In this document: positions 29,262 to 39,171 of the stretch, in pieces
Position numbering within the stretch: position 1 is the stretch's first letter
How the letters are laid out: every line of letters begins with the position of its first letter
Assembly: GCA_045401155.1 (NCBI GenBank)
Contig: CP174360.1
Coordinates: 159,035-223,034 of the forward strand
Source of the DNA: Candidatus Minusculum obligatum
GTDB lineage: Bacteria; Patescibacteriota; Minisyncoccia; Phycocordibacterales; Phycocordibacteraceae
Direction of reading: 5' to 3'
DNA: 64,000 nt
Made by a program: the position numbers and the translations under genes
The notes under the pieces: model-generated
Database searches by the model: none
What the model saw: the letters and a program-made list of their open reading frames with translations, nothing else
What the model was told of the DNA's origin: nothing

Positions 29262-30020
29262 CCTGGCTACGTGATTAGTGATAAAAAAACGACCAGATAA
29301 AGGAAAGCGGATCAACCGCGCATTAATGCGTACCGCTTCCTGCTGAAGCGGATTTTTTATTCCAGAAAGAGAGTCACGCATGATGTTTGAAAATTGAATA
29401 GAAGAGCGAATGCATTTCATCAGCAATAATTCATAAAAGTTATTGTGGTTACCAGATCTCCTTTTTGGAGACTGTAAGAGTATATGGGGGATGCCTTGGC
29501 TCAAACGAGCGATGAAGGACGTGGAAGTCTGCGATAAGCTTCGGGGAGATGACAAACAATCTTTGATCCGGAGATTTCCGAATGGGGGAACCCAATCAAT
29601 TGTTATTGATTACTTATTGGGTCGCACCAATAAGAGCGAACCTGGGGAACTGAAACATCTAAGTACCCAGAGGAATAGAAAGCAACAGGGACTATTTTCT
29701 GTCTGGTTCCTTTTAGGATTCGGATAGAGGGTAGTCTTGCGATTTCCTTAGTAGCGGCGAGCGAAACGGAAGAAGCCCAAACCGGATACTTCGGTATCCG
29801 GGGTTGTACGGCAAAGGTGCTGCACTTGTGTAGGAAGAGTTACCAAGTGTGAATATAGAAAAAGTATCTGGGAAGATACACCATAGAGGGTAATAGTCCC
29901 GTATTCGAAATATTCACACCTCTTTCGCCTTTGTTCGTGAGTAGCTCGAGACATGAATAGCTCGAGTGAATCTGGGAGGACTAACTCCTAAGGCTAAATA
30001 TCGTTTGAGACCGATAGTGA

Positions 30021-30054
<34 letters not shown>

Positions 30055-30621
30055 GAGAGGGGAGTGAAATAGAACTGAAACCATATACTTACAAACAGTT
30101 GGAGGGGTACTTGTACCCTGACAGCGTGCCTATTGAAGAATGAGCCGGCGAGTGTATATGTGCTGCAAGCTAAGTCCGTAATGGGACGGAGCTTTAGGGA
30201 AACCGAGTGTGAATAGCGCGTTAGTAGTATGTATACGACCCGAAACTAAGTGAGCTTGCCATGGGCAGGGTGAACACGTGTGAAAACACGTGGGAGGCCC
30301 GCACCGGTTGGTCGTTTAATGCCATCGGATGACCTGTGGTAGGGAGTGAAAAGCTAATCGAACTTAGTAATAGCTGGTTCTCTCCGAAACAGCTTTAGGG
30401 TTGGCGTCGCGTGTTCCCTTCGGGGGTAGAGCACTGGAAGGACTAAATAGGGGGAAACCTCGTTAGTCCTATCAAACTCCGAATACCGAAGATTAATAAC
30501 GCGGCAGTTAGACTGCGGGGAGAAGCTCCGTTGGTCGAAAGGGGAACAGCCCAGATCGCCAGTTAAGGCCCCTAAATTAGTGCTCAGTGTAACTTAAGGA
30601 AGTGAGGATCCTCCGACAATG

Positions 30622-30672
<51 letters not shown>

Positions 30673-30740
30673 TCATCAAGGGTCCTTGCGCCGCAAATGA
30701 TCGGGACTTAAGCACTATGCCGAAACTGCGGGTTCGCGGA

Positions 30741-30919
30741 TTTCATTCAGGAAATGTTCTTTGTTTATTGAGGGGTGTTGGCCGAGCGGTTAAAGGCAGC
30801 GGGCTCGTCAGCCCGTGAGTTGGGAATCGTATGTCCCAGTACAACTCATCGCAGGTTCGAATCCTGTACACCCTGCCAATAAACTTTTTGACAATCTTCG
30901 GATTGTCTCCTGAATGAAA
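30741..30919 (+). other. intervening sequence inserted in 23S helix 45, closed by a perfect 12-bp inverted repeat (tttcattcagga / tcctgaatgaaa) and containing a tRNA-like element
   Basis: Alignment to the E. coli helix-45 region shows about 180 extra nt between 'ggttcgcgga' and 'tccgtgagcgg'. The flanks are perfectly complementary, and an inner 7-bp stem gtttatt/aataaac also brackets the tRNA-like core. Confidence 0.7.
30772..30878 (+). tRNA. class-II tRNA(Ser)-like element with encoded CCA, embedded in the 23S helix-45 insertion; anticodon loop is 6 nt (TCGTCA), so possibly a non-decoding pseudo-tRNA
   Basis: Acceptor GGGGTGT/ACACCCT, D arm TGGCCGAGCGGTTAAAGGCA (matches bacterial tRNA-Ser), anticodon stem CGGGC/GCCCG, a roughly 35-nt variable hairpin (GAGTTG...CAACTC), T arm GCAGG-TTCGAAT-CCTGT, discriminator G and CCA. 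Confidence 0.45.
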
Positions 30920-31631
30920 TCCGTGAGCGGTAGGAGAGCGTTCTGTTCGCGATGAAGGTAAAGGGGTGACCCATACTGGAGCGTACAGAAGTGAGAATGC
31001 CGGCACGAGTAACCGCAATGCGAGTGAGAGCCTCGCACACCGAAAGACCAAGGTTTCCGCAGCTACGATGATCAGCTGCGGGTTAGTCGGGCCTAAGGGG
31101 ATGACGAAAGTCGCACCCGATGGACACATGGTTAATATTCCATGACTGCATTACTATGCGATGGGGGGACGGATTGTTGTACACATTGCCCATTATTGGA
31201 TTTGGGTCGATGCTATGAGGGCTGCTTTTAGGTAAATCCGGAAGCGTATAGTCCAAGTAGAGTCGCAATGTTTTGGTTTCGGCCAGAATAGAGAATGTGG
31301 AGCACGGTTCCCAGAAAAGCCTCTAAGCATAATAGTAATGTATCCGTACCGCAATCCAACACAGGTGGTCAGGGCGAGTAGCCCAAGGTGAACGAGTGAT
31401 GGGTCCTCAAGGAACTCGGCAAAAAAGCGACCGTAACTTCGGGATAAGGTCTGCCCCTGCTTCTTCGGAGGTGGGGGCCGCAGCGAAAGTTTCTCTGGCG
31501 ACTGTTTATCAAAAACACAGCTCCCTGCGAACTCGTAAGAGTATGTATAGGGGGTGACGCCTGACCAATGCCAGAAGGTTAAGCACGGATGGTACATTTC
31601 TTCGGATTTGTGCTGGGCTGTGTAAGCCCTG

Positions 31632-31670
<39 letters not shown>

Positions 31671-32378
31671 TAATTCCTTGTCGGGTAAGTTCCGACGTGC
31701 ACGAATGGCGTAACGACTGGAGAACTGTCTCGAGGACTTGCTCGGTGAAAATGCAATCCCGGTAAAGATGCCGGGTAGATGTGGAAAGACAGAAAGACCC
31801 CAGAAGCTTTACTACAGCTTCGTATTGGGGCTGCGTGACATGTGCGTAGCATAGGTGGGAGACTTTGAAGCATTCCTTTTGGGGAATGTGGAGTCGTCAG
31901 TGAAATACCACTCTCATGTTGTTCAGTCTCTAACCCTTAGGGAAACCCTAAAGGGACAGTGCGTGGTGGGTAGTTTGAGTGGGGCGCTCTCCTCCTAAAA
32001 AGTAACGGAGGAGTCTATTAAGGTCAGCTAGGCGCGAATGGACACCGTGCCGATAGTGTAATGGCAAAAGCTGGCTTGACTGTGAGGGGTACGTCCCGAG
32101 CAGGTGCGAAAGCAGAGCATAGTGATCCGACTGTACGCATTAGATGCGGCAGGAGCTCAACGGATAAAAGCTACTCTGGGGATAACAGGCTAGTCGCGCC
32201 CAAGCGTCCATAGCGACGGCGCGGTTCGGCACCTCGATGTCGGCTCATCTTATCCTGGGGCTGGAGAAGGTCCCAAGGGTTTGGCTGTTCGCCAATTAAA
32301 AAGATACGCGAGCTGGGTTCAAACCGTCGTGAGACAGGTTGGTTCTCTATCTTCCACATCCGTCGATTCTTGCAGAGA

Positions 32379-32411
<33 letters not shown>

Positions 32412-32469
32412 AACCTCTGGTCTATCGGCTGTCACGCCAGTGGCACTGCCGAGTAGCTATGTTCGGAAT

Positions 32470-32502
<33 letters not shown>

Positions 32503-32710
32503 AACTCTAAGATTAGGAATCATTAAGACCCCTAGGAGATGACTAGGTTGATAGGCTCTACGTAGAAGTACAGTGATGTATTGAGCGGAGGAGTACTAAT
32601 TCGTCGTCGTCTCCAACAAGGAAGTCTGGATGACACAATATCTTTGAAGCTTTTGCTGATGAAATGTATTCGCTTTTCTTTCAATGAAATAAAAAACAAC
32701 GTGTTTTTTG

Positions 32711-32818
32711 TGTTGGTGATATGGCAAGGTGGAAACACCTGTTCTCATTCCGAACACAGAAGTTAAGCGCCTTCGCGCCGATGGTACTCGAAAGGGGAGA
32801 GTAGGTCGTCGCCAACAC
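32711..32818 (+). rRNA. rrf: 5S ribosomal RNA (about 108 nt)
   Basis: CCGAACACAGAAGTTAAGCGCC..CGCGCCGATGGTACT...GAGAGTAGG; the 5' gtgttggtg pairs with the 3' cgccaacac. Confidence 0.85.
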
Positions 32819-32830
32819 AAAGAACATGTT

Positions 32831-32868
32831 AAAGAAAGACCTGAATGTATATTCAGGTCTTTCTTTTT
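32831..32868 (+). terminator. rho-independent terminator of the 23S-5S unit
   Basis: aaagaaagacctgaat-gtat-attcaggtctttcttttt. Confidence 0.75.
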
Positions 32869-32883
32869 GGTATACTCAATGCA

Positions 32884-33627
32884 ATGAAATGGGCGCTTAA
32901 AAGACAGGTGTTTGTTATTGGAATTGTTGTTTTAATTATTGCAGTATTTGTTGGAATTTTAGGTTTTGTTTTTGTGTCAAATCCATCCACGTGTTTTGAT
33001 GGAGAACAAAATGGAACTGAAACAGGTGTAGATTGTGGAGGGGGTTGTGAGTTAGTCTGTTCATTTGAGGCGAGTGCTCCAGTTGTCCTTTTTACTCAAT
33101 ACGTTGACTCTTCAGAAAGAGGTGACGTAGTTGCTCATATTAGAAACATAAATAAAGGTATTGATATTCGTTCTGCAGCATACACAATTGAAGTCTTCAC
33201 TTCACAAGGTGATTTGCTTGCTATAAAAAAAGGAAGTATTGATATTCCAAGTCAGAGTACACAAAGTGTCTTTGTTAAAAATATTACCCCGAGTATATCA
33301 ATGGGTGCGAGAGCGTTTTTAACCATCACGGACCAATATTTTTATAGGGCAAAAAGCATTCCAGCTGCAACAATAGAATCTTTTTCTTGGAGTAATTTAA
33401 ACACTTCACCAACACTACGTGCAGTAGTGAAAGGTGATCTTGAAGAAGATCAGCGAAGACTTCCAGTAACTGCAACTGTGTTTAACGACACAAACAAAGT
33501 TTTGGCTGTATCAGAAACAAATATCCCTGTCCTCGAACATAATTCACAAGAAGAAATTATTTTTACGTGGCAAAAATCATTTTCTGAAAATCCAGCACGT
33601 GTAGTATTTACATTTAAGGCGCAGTAG
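32884..33627 (+). CDS. hypothetical membrane-anchored extracytoplasmic protein (Cys-rich N-proximal segment)
   Basis: Start is likely MKWALKRQ after the rRNA terminator. TM helix then 'CFDGEQNGTETGVDCGGGCELVC'. Confidence 0.45.
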   Translation: MKWALKRQVFVIGIVVLIIAVFVGILGFVFVSNPSTCFDGEQNGTETGVDCGGGCELVCSFEASAPVVLFTQYVDSSERGDVVAHIRNINKGIDIRSAAYTIEVFTSQGDLLAIKKGSIDIPSQSTQSVFVKNITPSISMGARAFLTITDQYFYRAKSIPAATIESFSWSNLNTSPTLRAVVKGDLEEDQRRLPVTATVFNDTNKVLAVSETNIPVLEHNSQEEIIFTWQKSFSENPARVVFTFKAQ

Positions 33628-33628
33628 T

Positions 33629-34762
33629 ATGGGTGTCCTGGGATCAAAAATATCGTCTCTTTTTCAAAAGCATGATCCACTTTTGCTTCTTTCGGTGCTT
33701 TTCATCTCTGCAGCAGGCCTTATTACAATGAATAACTTTGCTATAGACAGCACGTTTTTTGACCGGCAGCTTATATGGGTTTTGGTGGGCGCGCTCGTAT
33801 ATATTTTTATATCAAGCATTGATGTCCGCTTCTTAAGAAGAACAACAAGCATTGTATCTCTGTATACAGCGTCAATTTTTCTATTGCTGCTCGTTTTCTT
33901 TATTGCTGACCCGATTCAAGGTGCAAAAAGCTGGTTCATTTTAGGTCCAATTGCATTTCAACCTTCTGACCCAATTAAACTTGTTGTCATTGCACTGCTT
34001 GCAAAATATTTCTCAAGAAGACATGTGGAAATTGCAAACTTTAGACATATTTTTCTTTCAGGTGCGTACGTTGCTATAATCTTTCTCCTTGTTCTTATTC
34101 AGCCAGACTTTGGTACTGCAATAATTATTTTTCTCACATGGCTTTTAATGGTGCTTGTTTCAGGTATTAGTAAAAAACACCTTGCTCTAGTGTTTGGTAT
34201 TGGGGCACTTGCCGCACTAAGTATGTGGCTGTTTGTTTTTGAAGAGTATCAACGAGATCGAATTGTTACATTCTTACATCCACGTACTGATATTCAGGGT
34301 GCAGGATATAACGCATATCAGTCTCAAGTTGCTGTTGGTTCAGGTCAGTTGTTTGGCAAGGGTATTGGGTATGGAACACAAAGTAAGCTCCAGTTTTTAC
34401 CAGAATACGAAACTGATTTTATTTTTGCAGCGTTTGCTGAGGAGTGGGGTTTTGTTGGAGTATTAATACTTCTGATTTTATACGCAATTATTATTTTTAG
34501 ACTTATTGCTTTTGCATGGCGTGCGCCAACAAACTTTGAAGCTTTCTTTACTATGGGTGTCGCCGCATTATTTATGAGCCATATTGCAATTCATGCAGGA
34601 ATGAATGTGGGTCTGCTTCCTGTCACAGGAACTACAATTCCATTTATGAGCTATGGAGGTTCTCATTTAATGACAGAGTTTCTGGCTCTTGGGTTAATTG
34701 CATCCATGCGACAGTATTCACGAGGTGCACATCGTAGAGATCTTGCTCAAGAAGTTTTATAA
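33629..34762 (+). CDS. ftsW: SEDS-family peptidoglycan glycosyltransferase (FtsW/RodA)
   Basis: QPDFGTAIIIFLTWLLMV, YETDFIFAAFAEEWGFVGV and IPFMSYGGSHLM motifs. Confidence 0.85.
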   Translation: MGVLGSKISSLFQKHDPLLLLSVLFISAAGLITMNNFAIDSTFFDRQLIWVLVGALVYIFISSIDVRFLRRTTSIVSLYTASIFLLLLVFFIADPIQGAKSWFILGPIAFQPSDPIKLVVIALLAKYFSRRHVEIANFRHIFLSGAYVAIIFLLVLIQPDFGTAIIIFLTWLLMVLVSGISKKHLALVFGIGALAALSMWLFVFEEYQRDRIVTFLHPRTDIQGAGYNAYQSQVAVGSGQLFGKGIGYGTQSKLQFLPEYETDFIFAAFAEEWGFVGVLILLILYAIIIFRLIAFAWRAPTNFEAFFTMGVAALFMSHIAIHAGMNVGLLPVTGTTIPFMSYGGSHLMTEFLALGLIASMRQYSRGAHRRDLAQEVL

Positions 34763-35874
34763 ATATTTTGAGTATCACTGATCATTGTATCAAGTGAAAA
34801 CTTTTCTTTAGTATGCAATTGAAGTGCCAAGGAAAGCTCTTTTTGTTTATGAACATCTTTTAAGAGTATTGAAAGTGCTGTACTAAGAACATTGCTGCTA
34901 TTTGGAGGAACAAGTAATCCTGTTTTATTGTGCTCTATGACTTCAGGGATTCCACCAACTCGAGTCGCAATAACTGGAAGGTTTGCCATGCCAGCCTCTA
35001 TAAGTACGTACCCAAGTGCTTCAGTGCGAGAGGGGAGAACAAAAATATCAGCAGCTTTTAAGTATGCTGCCGCGTTTTCAACAAAACCAACCAAGTGTAC
35101 ATTTTTGTGTAGGTTGTAAGTATCAATTAGTTTTTCTAATCTCCATCGCTCATCTCCCTCGCCAATGACAACATAATGTGGGAGTTCTTCAGAAGTTTCT
35201 TTTAGTGCTGTAAGGGCTGAAAGCATCACGTCAATGCCCTTGCTGTCATGAAGTTCAGCAATGGTTAGGATCCATGTTTTTTTCTGTATTTTTTTTAATG
35301 ATGGTTGAATTTCTGCAAGCTCTTTTCTTGATTCTTCTTTTGTAAGAAAGTTTATTGGTGCGATACCGTTTGGTATAACTGCCACCTTTTGTACAAAGGG
35401 CCAATGTCGTATTGGCTTTCGAAGTGCTTCTGAAACAAGAATTGTTTTGTGTGCCAGCAGCATTGTTGTAAAGTATGCAGCTTTGAAAATTATCTTAAAT
35501 AAAAAGTTACGACGTTCATTAAATGCCCAGCCGTGTACGGTAAAGATAACTTTTTTGCCACGAAGACGGGCTGCCAATGCAGCAATGCCTGCTTTTGAGC
35601 TGTTTACATGAACAATGTCTGGTTCAAATTCATCAATAATTTTTAAAATTCCTTTATATGCACGCAATTCTTGAAAAAAACCAAGATCACGAGTTAATCC
35701 TTCGATGTGATATTGAGGAATATTTAAAGATTTTAATTTTTCAGAAAGTTCACCTGTTGGCCCATACGCGACTGCAACTATGATGCCTTGTGCATTCAAA
35801 GAACGTGCCACGTCATATACATATTTTGTTGCACCTCCCCAAGTTCCTTTTGTTATAACGAGTAAAACTTTCAT
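34747..35874 (-). CDS. GT4-family glycosyltransferase
   Basis: LPSRTEALGYVLIEAGMANLPVIATRVGGIPEVIEHNKTGLLV (EX7E motif). Start is likely MKVLLVITKG. Confidence 0.8.
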   Translation of the reverse strand: MKVLLVITKGTWGGATKYVYDVARSLNAQGIIVAVAYGPTGELSEKLKSLNIPQYHIEGLTRDLGFFQELRAYKGILKIIDEFEPDIVHVNSSKAGIAALAARLRGKKVIFTVHGWAFNERRNFLFKIIFKAAYFTTMLLAHKTILVSEALRKPIRHWPFVQKVAVIPNGIAPINFLTKEESRKELAEIQPSLKKIQKKTWILTIAELHDSKGIDVMLSALTALKETSEELPHYVVIGEGDERWRLEKLIDTYNLHKNVHLVGFVENAAAYLKAADIFVLPSRTEALGYVLIEAGMANLPVIATRVGGIPEVIEHNKTGLLVPPNSSNVLSTALSILLKDVHKQKELSLALQLHTKEKFSLDTMISDTQNIYKTS

Positions 35875-35923
35875 ATTTGACCAATCTTTAAAAAGTGGCT
35901 TATTTATTGTATTATACAGCATT

Positions 35924-37309
35924 ATGCACACTCTTAGAAACGAATGGCTTGTGTTGCTGCTAGGCGATTTATTTGCACTTACGTTTGCTCTTTTTATGAC
36001 GCTTGTAGTGCGCTATCAGAGTATTCCAAGTGAGAATCTTTTAACGCTACACCTTATTCCATTTTCATTGTTGTTTGTTCTTTCTGTTGCCATATTTTTC
36101 ATTGCAGGACTCTATGATCGCCAAACTCTTTTTACAAAAGCAGAAATTCCAACAACAATTTTCTTTTCACAGCTTGCAAATGTAGTGCTTGCCGCACTGC
36201 TATTCTTCTTCGTCCCTATTTTTACTATCGCGCCCAAAACAAACCTTATTATTTACCTTGTAATTTCTACACTTTTTATTATTGCGTGGCGTATTGTGTT
36301 GGCTCCACTGTTGCAGTCAAAAGATAAGTGCGAAACAGCACTCATTATTGGAGATTCTCCTGAGGCTCAAGAGTTGATACAGGAAGTAAATGCAAATGAT
36401 CGATATGGGTTTACGTGTTTGTCACCAATAAAAATTGCAGATGGGGAAACTGTAGGGGCTTTGGTGGATTCAGTCGCAAAACGTCTCGCAAATGATGCCC
36501 CAACGGTTCTTATTGCAAATCCAAGTGATGATAGATTAAAGCCGCTGCTACCACATCTTTTTGGGTATGTGTTTGCAAATCAAAAAGTGACATTTGTAAA
36601 CTTCAATGAGATGTACGAAAGCATCTTTGAGCGAGTAGCGCTTTCTTCATTAAATCCAGAGTGGTACCTAGAGTACGCGTCACGGCCACCTCAAATTGCG
36701 TATGACGCCTTAAAGCGACTCATCGATATTTTAGGCGGTCTTTGTATTGGAATTGTGTTGCTTGCACTTGCTCCGTTCATTTGGGCGTGTATGCATCTTG
36801 AGGGGAAGGGGTCATTCTTTATTTCTCAAAAACGAATGGGAAAGTACACCAAACCAATGAGTATCTATAAGATTAGAACTATGACTAAAGTCGAGGATGG
36901 GGCGTGGATTGGAGAGACTGAGAACAAGGTGACAAAGGTTGGCGAAGTTTTGCGCCGCACAAGCATTGATGAACTGCCTCAAGTGCTTGCCGTCCTTTCA
37001 GGAAAGCTTTCTCTTATAGGTCCACGTTCTGACATGAGCGGTCTCGCAGAGCGTCTTCAAGAATCTATTCCATATTACAGTGTTCGATATACCGTAACGC
37101 CAGGTATTACCGGATGGGCACAGACTCACCAGCGCTATGCGCCTGGACAAATTAATCCTCAATCTATTGAAGATTCTCGAGTTCGGCTTCAGTATGATCT
37201 ATACTATGTGAAGCATCGGTCACTTTTGCTTGATATTTCAATTGCATTACGTACCATAAAAACATTGCTAACGAGACTATTTCCTATTCGAATAAAGAAA
37301 CATGCATAA
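35924..37309 (+). CDS. polyprenyl-phosphate sugar-1-phosphate transferase (WbaP/exopolysaccharide 'bacterial sugar transferase' family)
   Basis: N-terminal TM helices, then FFISQKRMGKYTKPMSIYKIRTM and DELPQVLAVLSGKLSLIGPRS. Confidence 0.8.
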   Translation: MHTLRNEWLVLLLGDLFALTFALFMTLVVRYQSIPSENLLTLHLIPFSLLFVLSVAIFFIAGLYDRQTLFTKAEIPTTIFFSQLANVVLAALLFFFVPIFTIAPKTNLIIYLVISTLFIIAWRIVLAPLLQSKDKCETALIIGDSPEAQELIQEVNANDRYGFTCLSPIKIADGETVGALVDSVAKRLANDAPTVLIANPSDDRLKPLLPHLFGYVFANQKVTFVNFNEMYESIFERVALSSLNPEWYLEYASRPPQIAYDALKRLIDILGGLCIGIVLLALAPFIWACMHLEGKGSFFISQKRMGKYTKPMSIYKIRTMTKVEDGAWIGETENKVTKVGEVLRRTSIDELPQVLAVLSGKLSLIGPRSDMSGLAERLQESIPYYSVRYTVTPGITGWAQTHQRYAPGQINPQSIEDSRVRLQYDLYYVKHRSLLLDISIALRTIKTLLTRLFPIRIKKHA

Positions 37310-38351
37310 AGAAACTATTTTACTTACAGGAGCATCTGGATACGTTGGCGCAATGCTTGTCGACCAATGGAGCAAACGTGAAGATGTGGAGGAAATCATT
37401 GCGCTTGATATGGTTCCTCCAGAAGACTTTGTAAAAAATGCCCCTAAAACAACATGGATTTGCGCAAACACTTCAGATGATTCTTGGAAAGATGAGGTAA
37501 GGAAAAAGAATCCTACTGTTGTTGTTCATGCAGCATGGCAAATTAGAAATCTATATTGGCATCCGAAACGGCAGTGGAAATGGAACGTAAAGGGTTCGGA
37601 AAATATTTTTAGTTTCGCATTTGAGACTCCTTCAGTAAAACGACTCGTATACTTTAGTAGCGCTTCTATTTTTGGAGCGGATCCAAAAAATGAGATCAAT
37701 AATACTTTTGACACAGAAGCACCGCTTCGAGATGAGGTTTACTTATACGCAAAAGAGAAGCGAATTGCAGAAGAGAGGCTTCGGGATATGGCAAAAGATA
37801 AAAGAAGTGACCTGCAAATTTCAATTGTTCGCCCCGCAGCAATCTCAGGACCACGTGGACGATATGGACGTATTCGATTTGGTCTTCAGTCAGCACTTTC
37901 AGGCAAGTTAAAAGGAAGTTTTGTGTACAACATTGTAAGTGTTTTAACTTCATTCATTCCTGCAACGAAGAAGTGGTGTCGACAGTTTATTCACGAAGAT
38001 GACATTACAGATATTGTAACGATTCTTACGTTTAACGGCACAAAAGAAGATGTCGCACTTTTCAACCTTACGCCTCCAGGCGAAGTTGTACTTCCAGAAG
38101 ATATGGGAGAGGCAACAAAAAAGAAAGTTATATTACTGCCTCCATTTATTATTCGCACTGTATTTTTCTTTATGCGCCATCTTACCTTTGGAAAGGTTCC
38201 AACTGCCGCAGGGGCGTGGAGATTCTATTGTTATCCAATTGTGATGGACGGGTCTAAGGTTACAAAAGAGCTCGGGCATACATATGCGTATTCCTCAAAA
38301 GAAGCATTTACAACAACAAAAGGACGATACGCTCACGTTGTTCCAGAGTAG
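37302..38351 (+). CDS. NAD-dependent epimerase/dehydratase family protein
   Basis: ILLTGASGYVGAMLV Rossmann motif and a YxxxK segment. Confidence 0.7.
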   Translation: MHKETILLTGASGYVGAMLVDQWSKREDVEEIIALDMVPPEDFVKNAPKTTWICANTSDDSWKDEVRKKNPTVVVHAAWQIRNLYWHPKRQWKWNVKGSENIFSFAFETPSVKRLVYFSSASIFGADPKNEINNTFDTEAPLRDEVYLYAKEKRIAEERLRDMAKDKRSDLQISIVRPAAISGPRGRYGRIRFGLQSALSGKLKGSFVYNIVSVLTSFIPATKKWCRQFIHEDDITDIVTILTFNGTKEDVALFNLTPPGEVVLPEDMGEATKKKVILLPPFIIRTVFFFMRHLTFGKVPTAAGAWRFYCYPIVMDGSKVTKELGHTYAYSSKEAFTTTKGRYAHVVPE

Positions 38352-38353
38352 TT

Positions 38354-39145
38354 ATGAAAATAGATGGAAAAAAAATTGCAGCTCTATTAGAGGGAGAGAT
38401 TAGAAGTGCCATAGATGCGTGTGATAAAAAACTCACGCTAGGGATTTTTATGATTGCACCTACAAAAGAAACAGAATCTTTTGTTCGTATTAAAAAGAAA
38501 AAGGCGGGGGAGCTTGGAGTCGATGTACACGAAGTGCTTTTAGACAAGAATGTTTCTGAGGAGCAGGCGCTCTCTGAATTTATAAAGCTTACATCTGTGT
38601 GTGATGGGGTTGTGCTACAGCAACCAATTCCAAATAACTTTTCTTTGAAGAAGTTTTATGAAGTCTTGCCAGTAGAAAAAGATATTGATGCCCTTACTGA
38701 GGGTGCGCCATATTTATCTCCCGTTGCAGGCGCTCTTGATGAAATCTTTTCTTTTTACAAAATCTCTTTAGAAGAGAAGCGGGCTGTTGTTATCGGGTCA
38801 GGTAAATTAGTGGGTCTGCCTGCGTCTGCTTTGCTGAAAGATGGAGGTGCAGAGGTTTCGGTTATGACAAAAGAAACAGGTATTAATGTAGATCTCTTAA
38901 GGAATGCAGACATTATTGTTTCTGGAGCTGGACGCCCTGGTTTGCTTACAAAAGATATGGTCAGTAAAGATTCGATTATCATTGATGCAGGCACAAGTGA
39001 GTCTAGGGGCGCAATTGTTGGGGATGTAGATCCTGAATGTTATGAGTACGCTGCGCTTGTGAGTCCTGTGCCAGGTGGGGTGGGGCCAATTACAGTGATG
39101 TATTTATTCAAGAATCTTTTTAAGAGCGCAAGTTGTGCTTTGTAG
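38354..39145 (+). CDS. folD: bifunctional methylenetetrahydrofolate dehydrogenase/cyclohydrolase
   Basis: VVIGSGKLVGLPASALL...SGAGRPGLL...VSPVPGGVGPITV. Confidence 0.85.
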   Translation: MKIDGKKIAALLEGEIRSAIDACDKKLTLGIFMIAPTKETESFVRIKKKKAGELGVDVHEVLLDKNVSEEQALSEFIKLTSVCDGVVLQQPIPNNFSLKKFYEVLPVEKDIDALTEGAPYLSPVAGALDEIFSFYKISLEEKRAVVIGSGKLVGLPASALLKDGGAEVSVMTKETGINVDLLRNADIIVSGAGRPGLLTKDMVSKDSIIIDAGTSESRGAIVGDVDPECYEYAALVSPVPGGVGPITVMYLFKNLFKSASCAL

Positions 39146-39171
39146 CACCTTTTGCTAACGTTAGGGCACAT

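Noticed and set aside
30741-30919. Considered a group I or II intron or homing-endonuclease insertion in the 23S, as reported for some CPR rRNA genes.
   Set aside because: The insert is only 179 nt with no ORF and no intron core motifs. It folds as a stem plus a tRNA-like cloverleaf.
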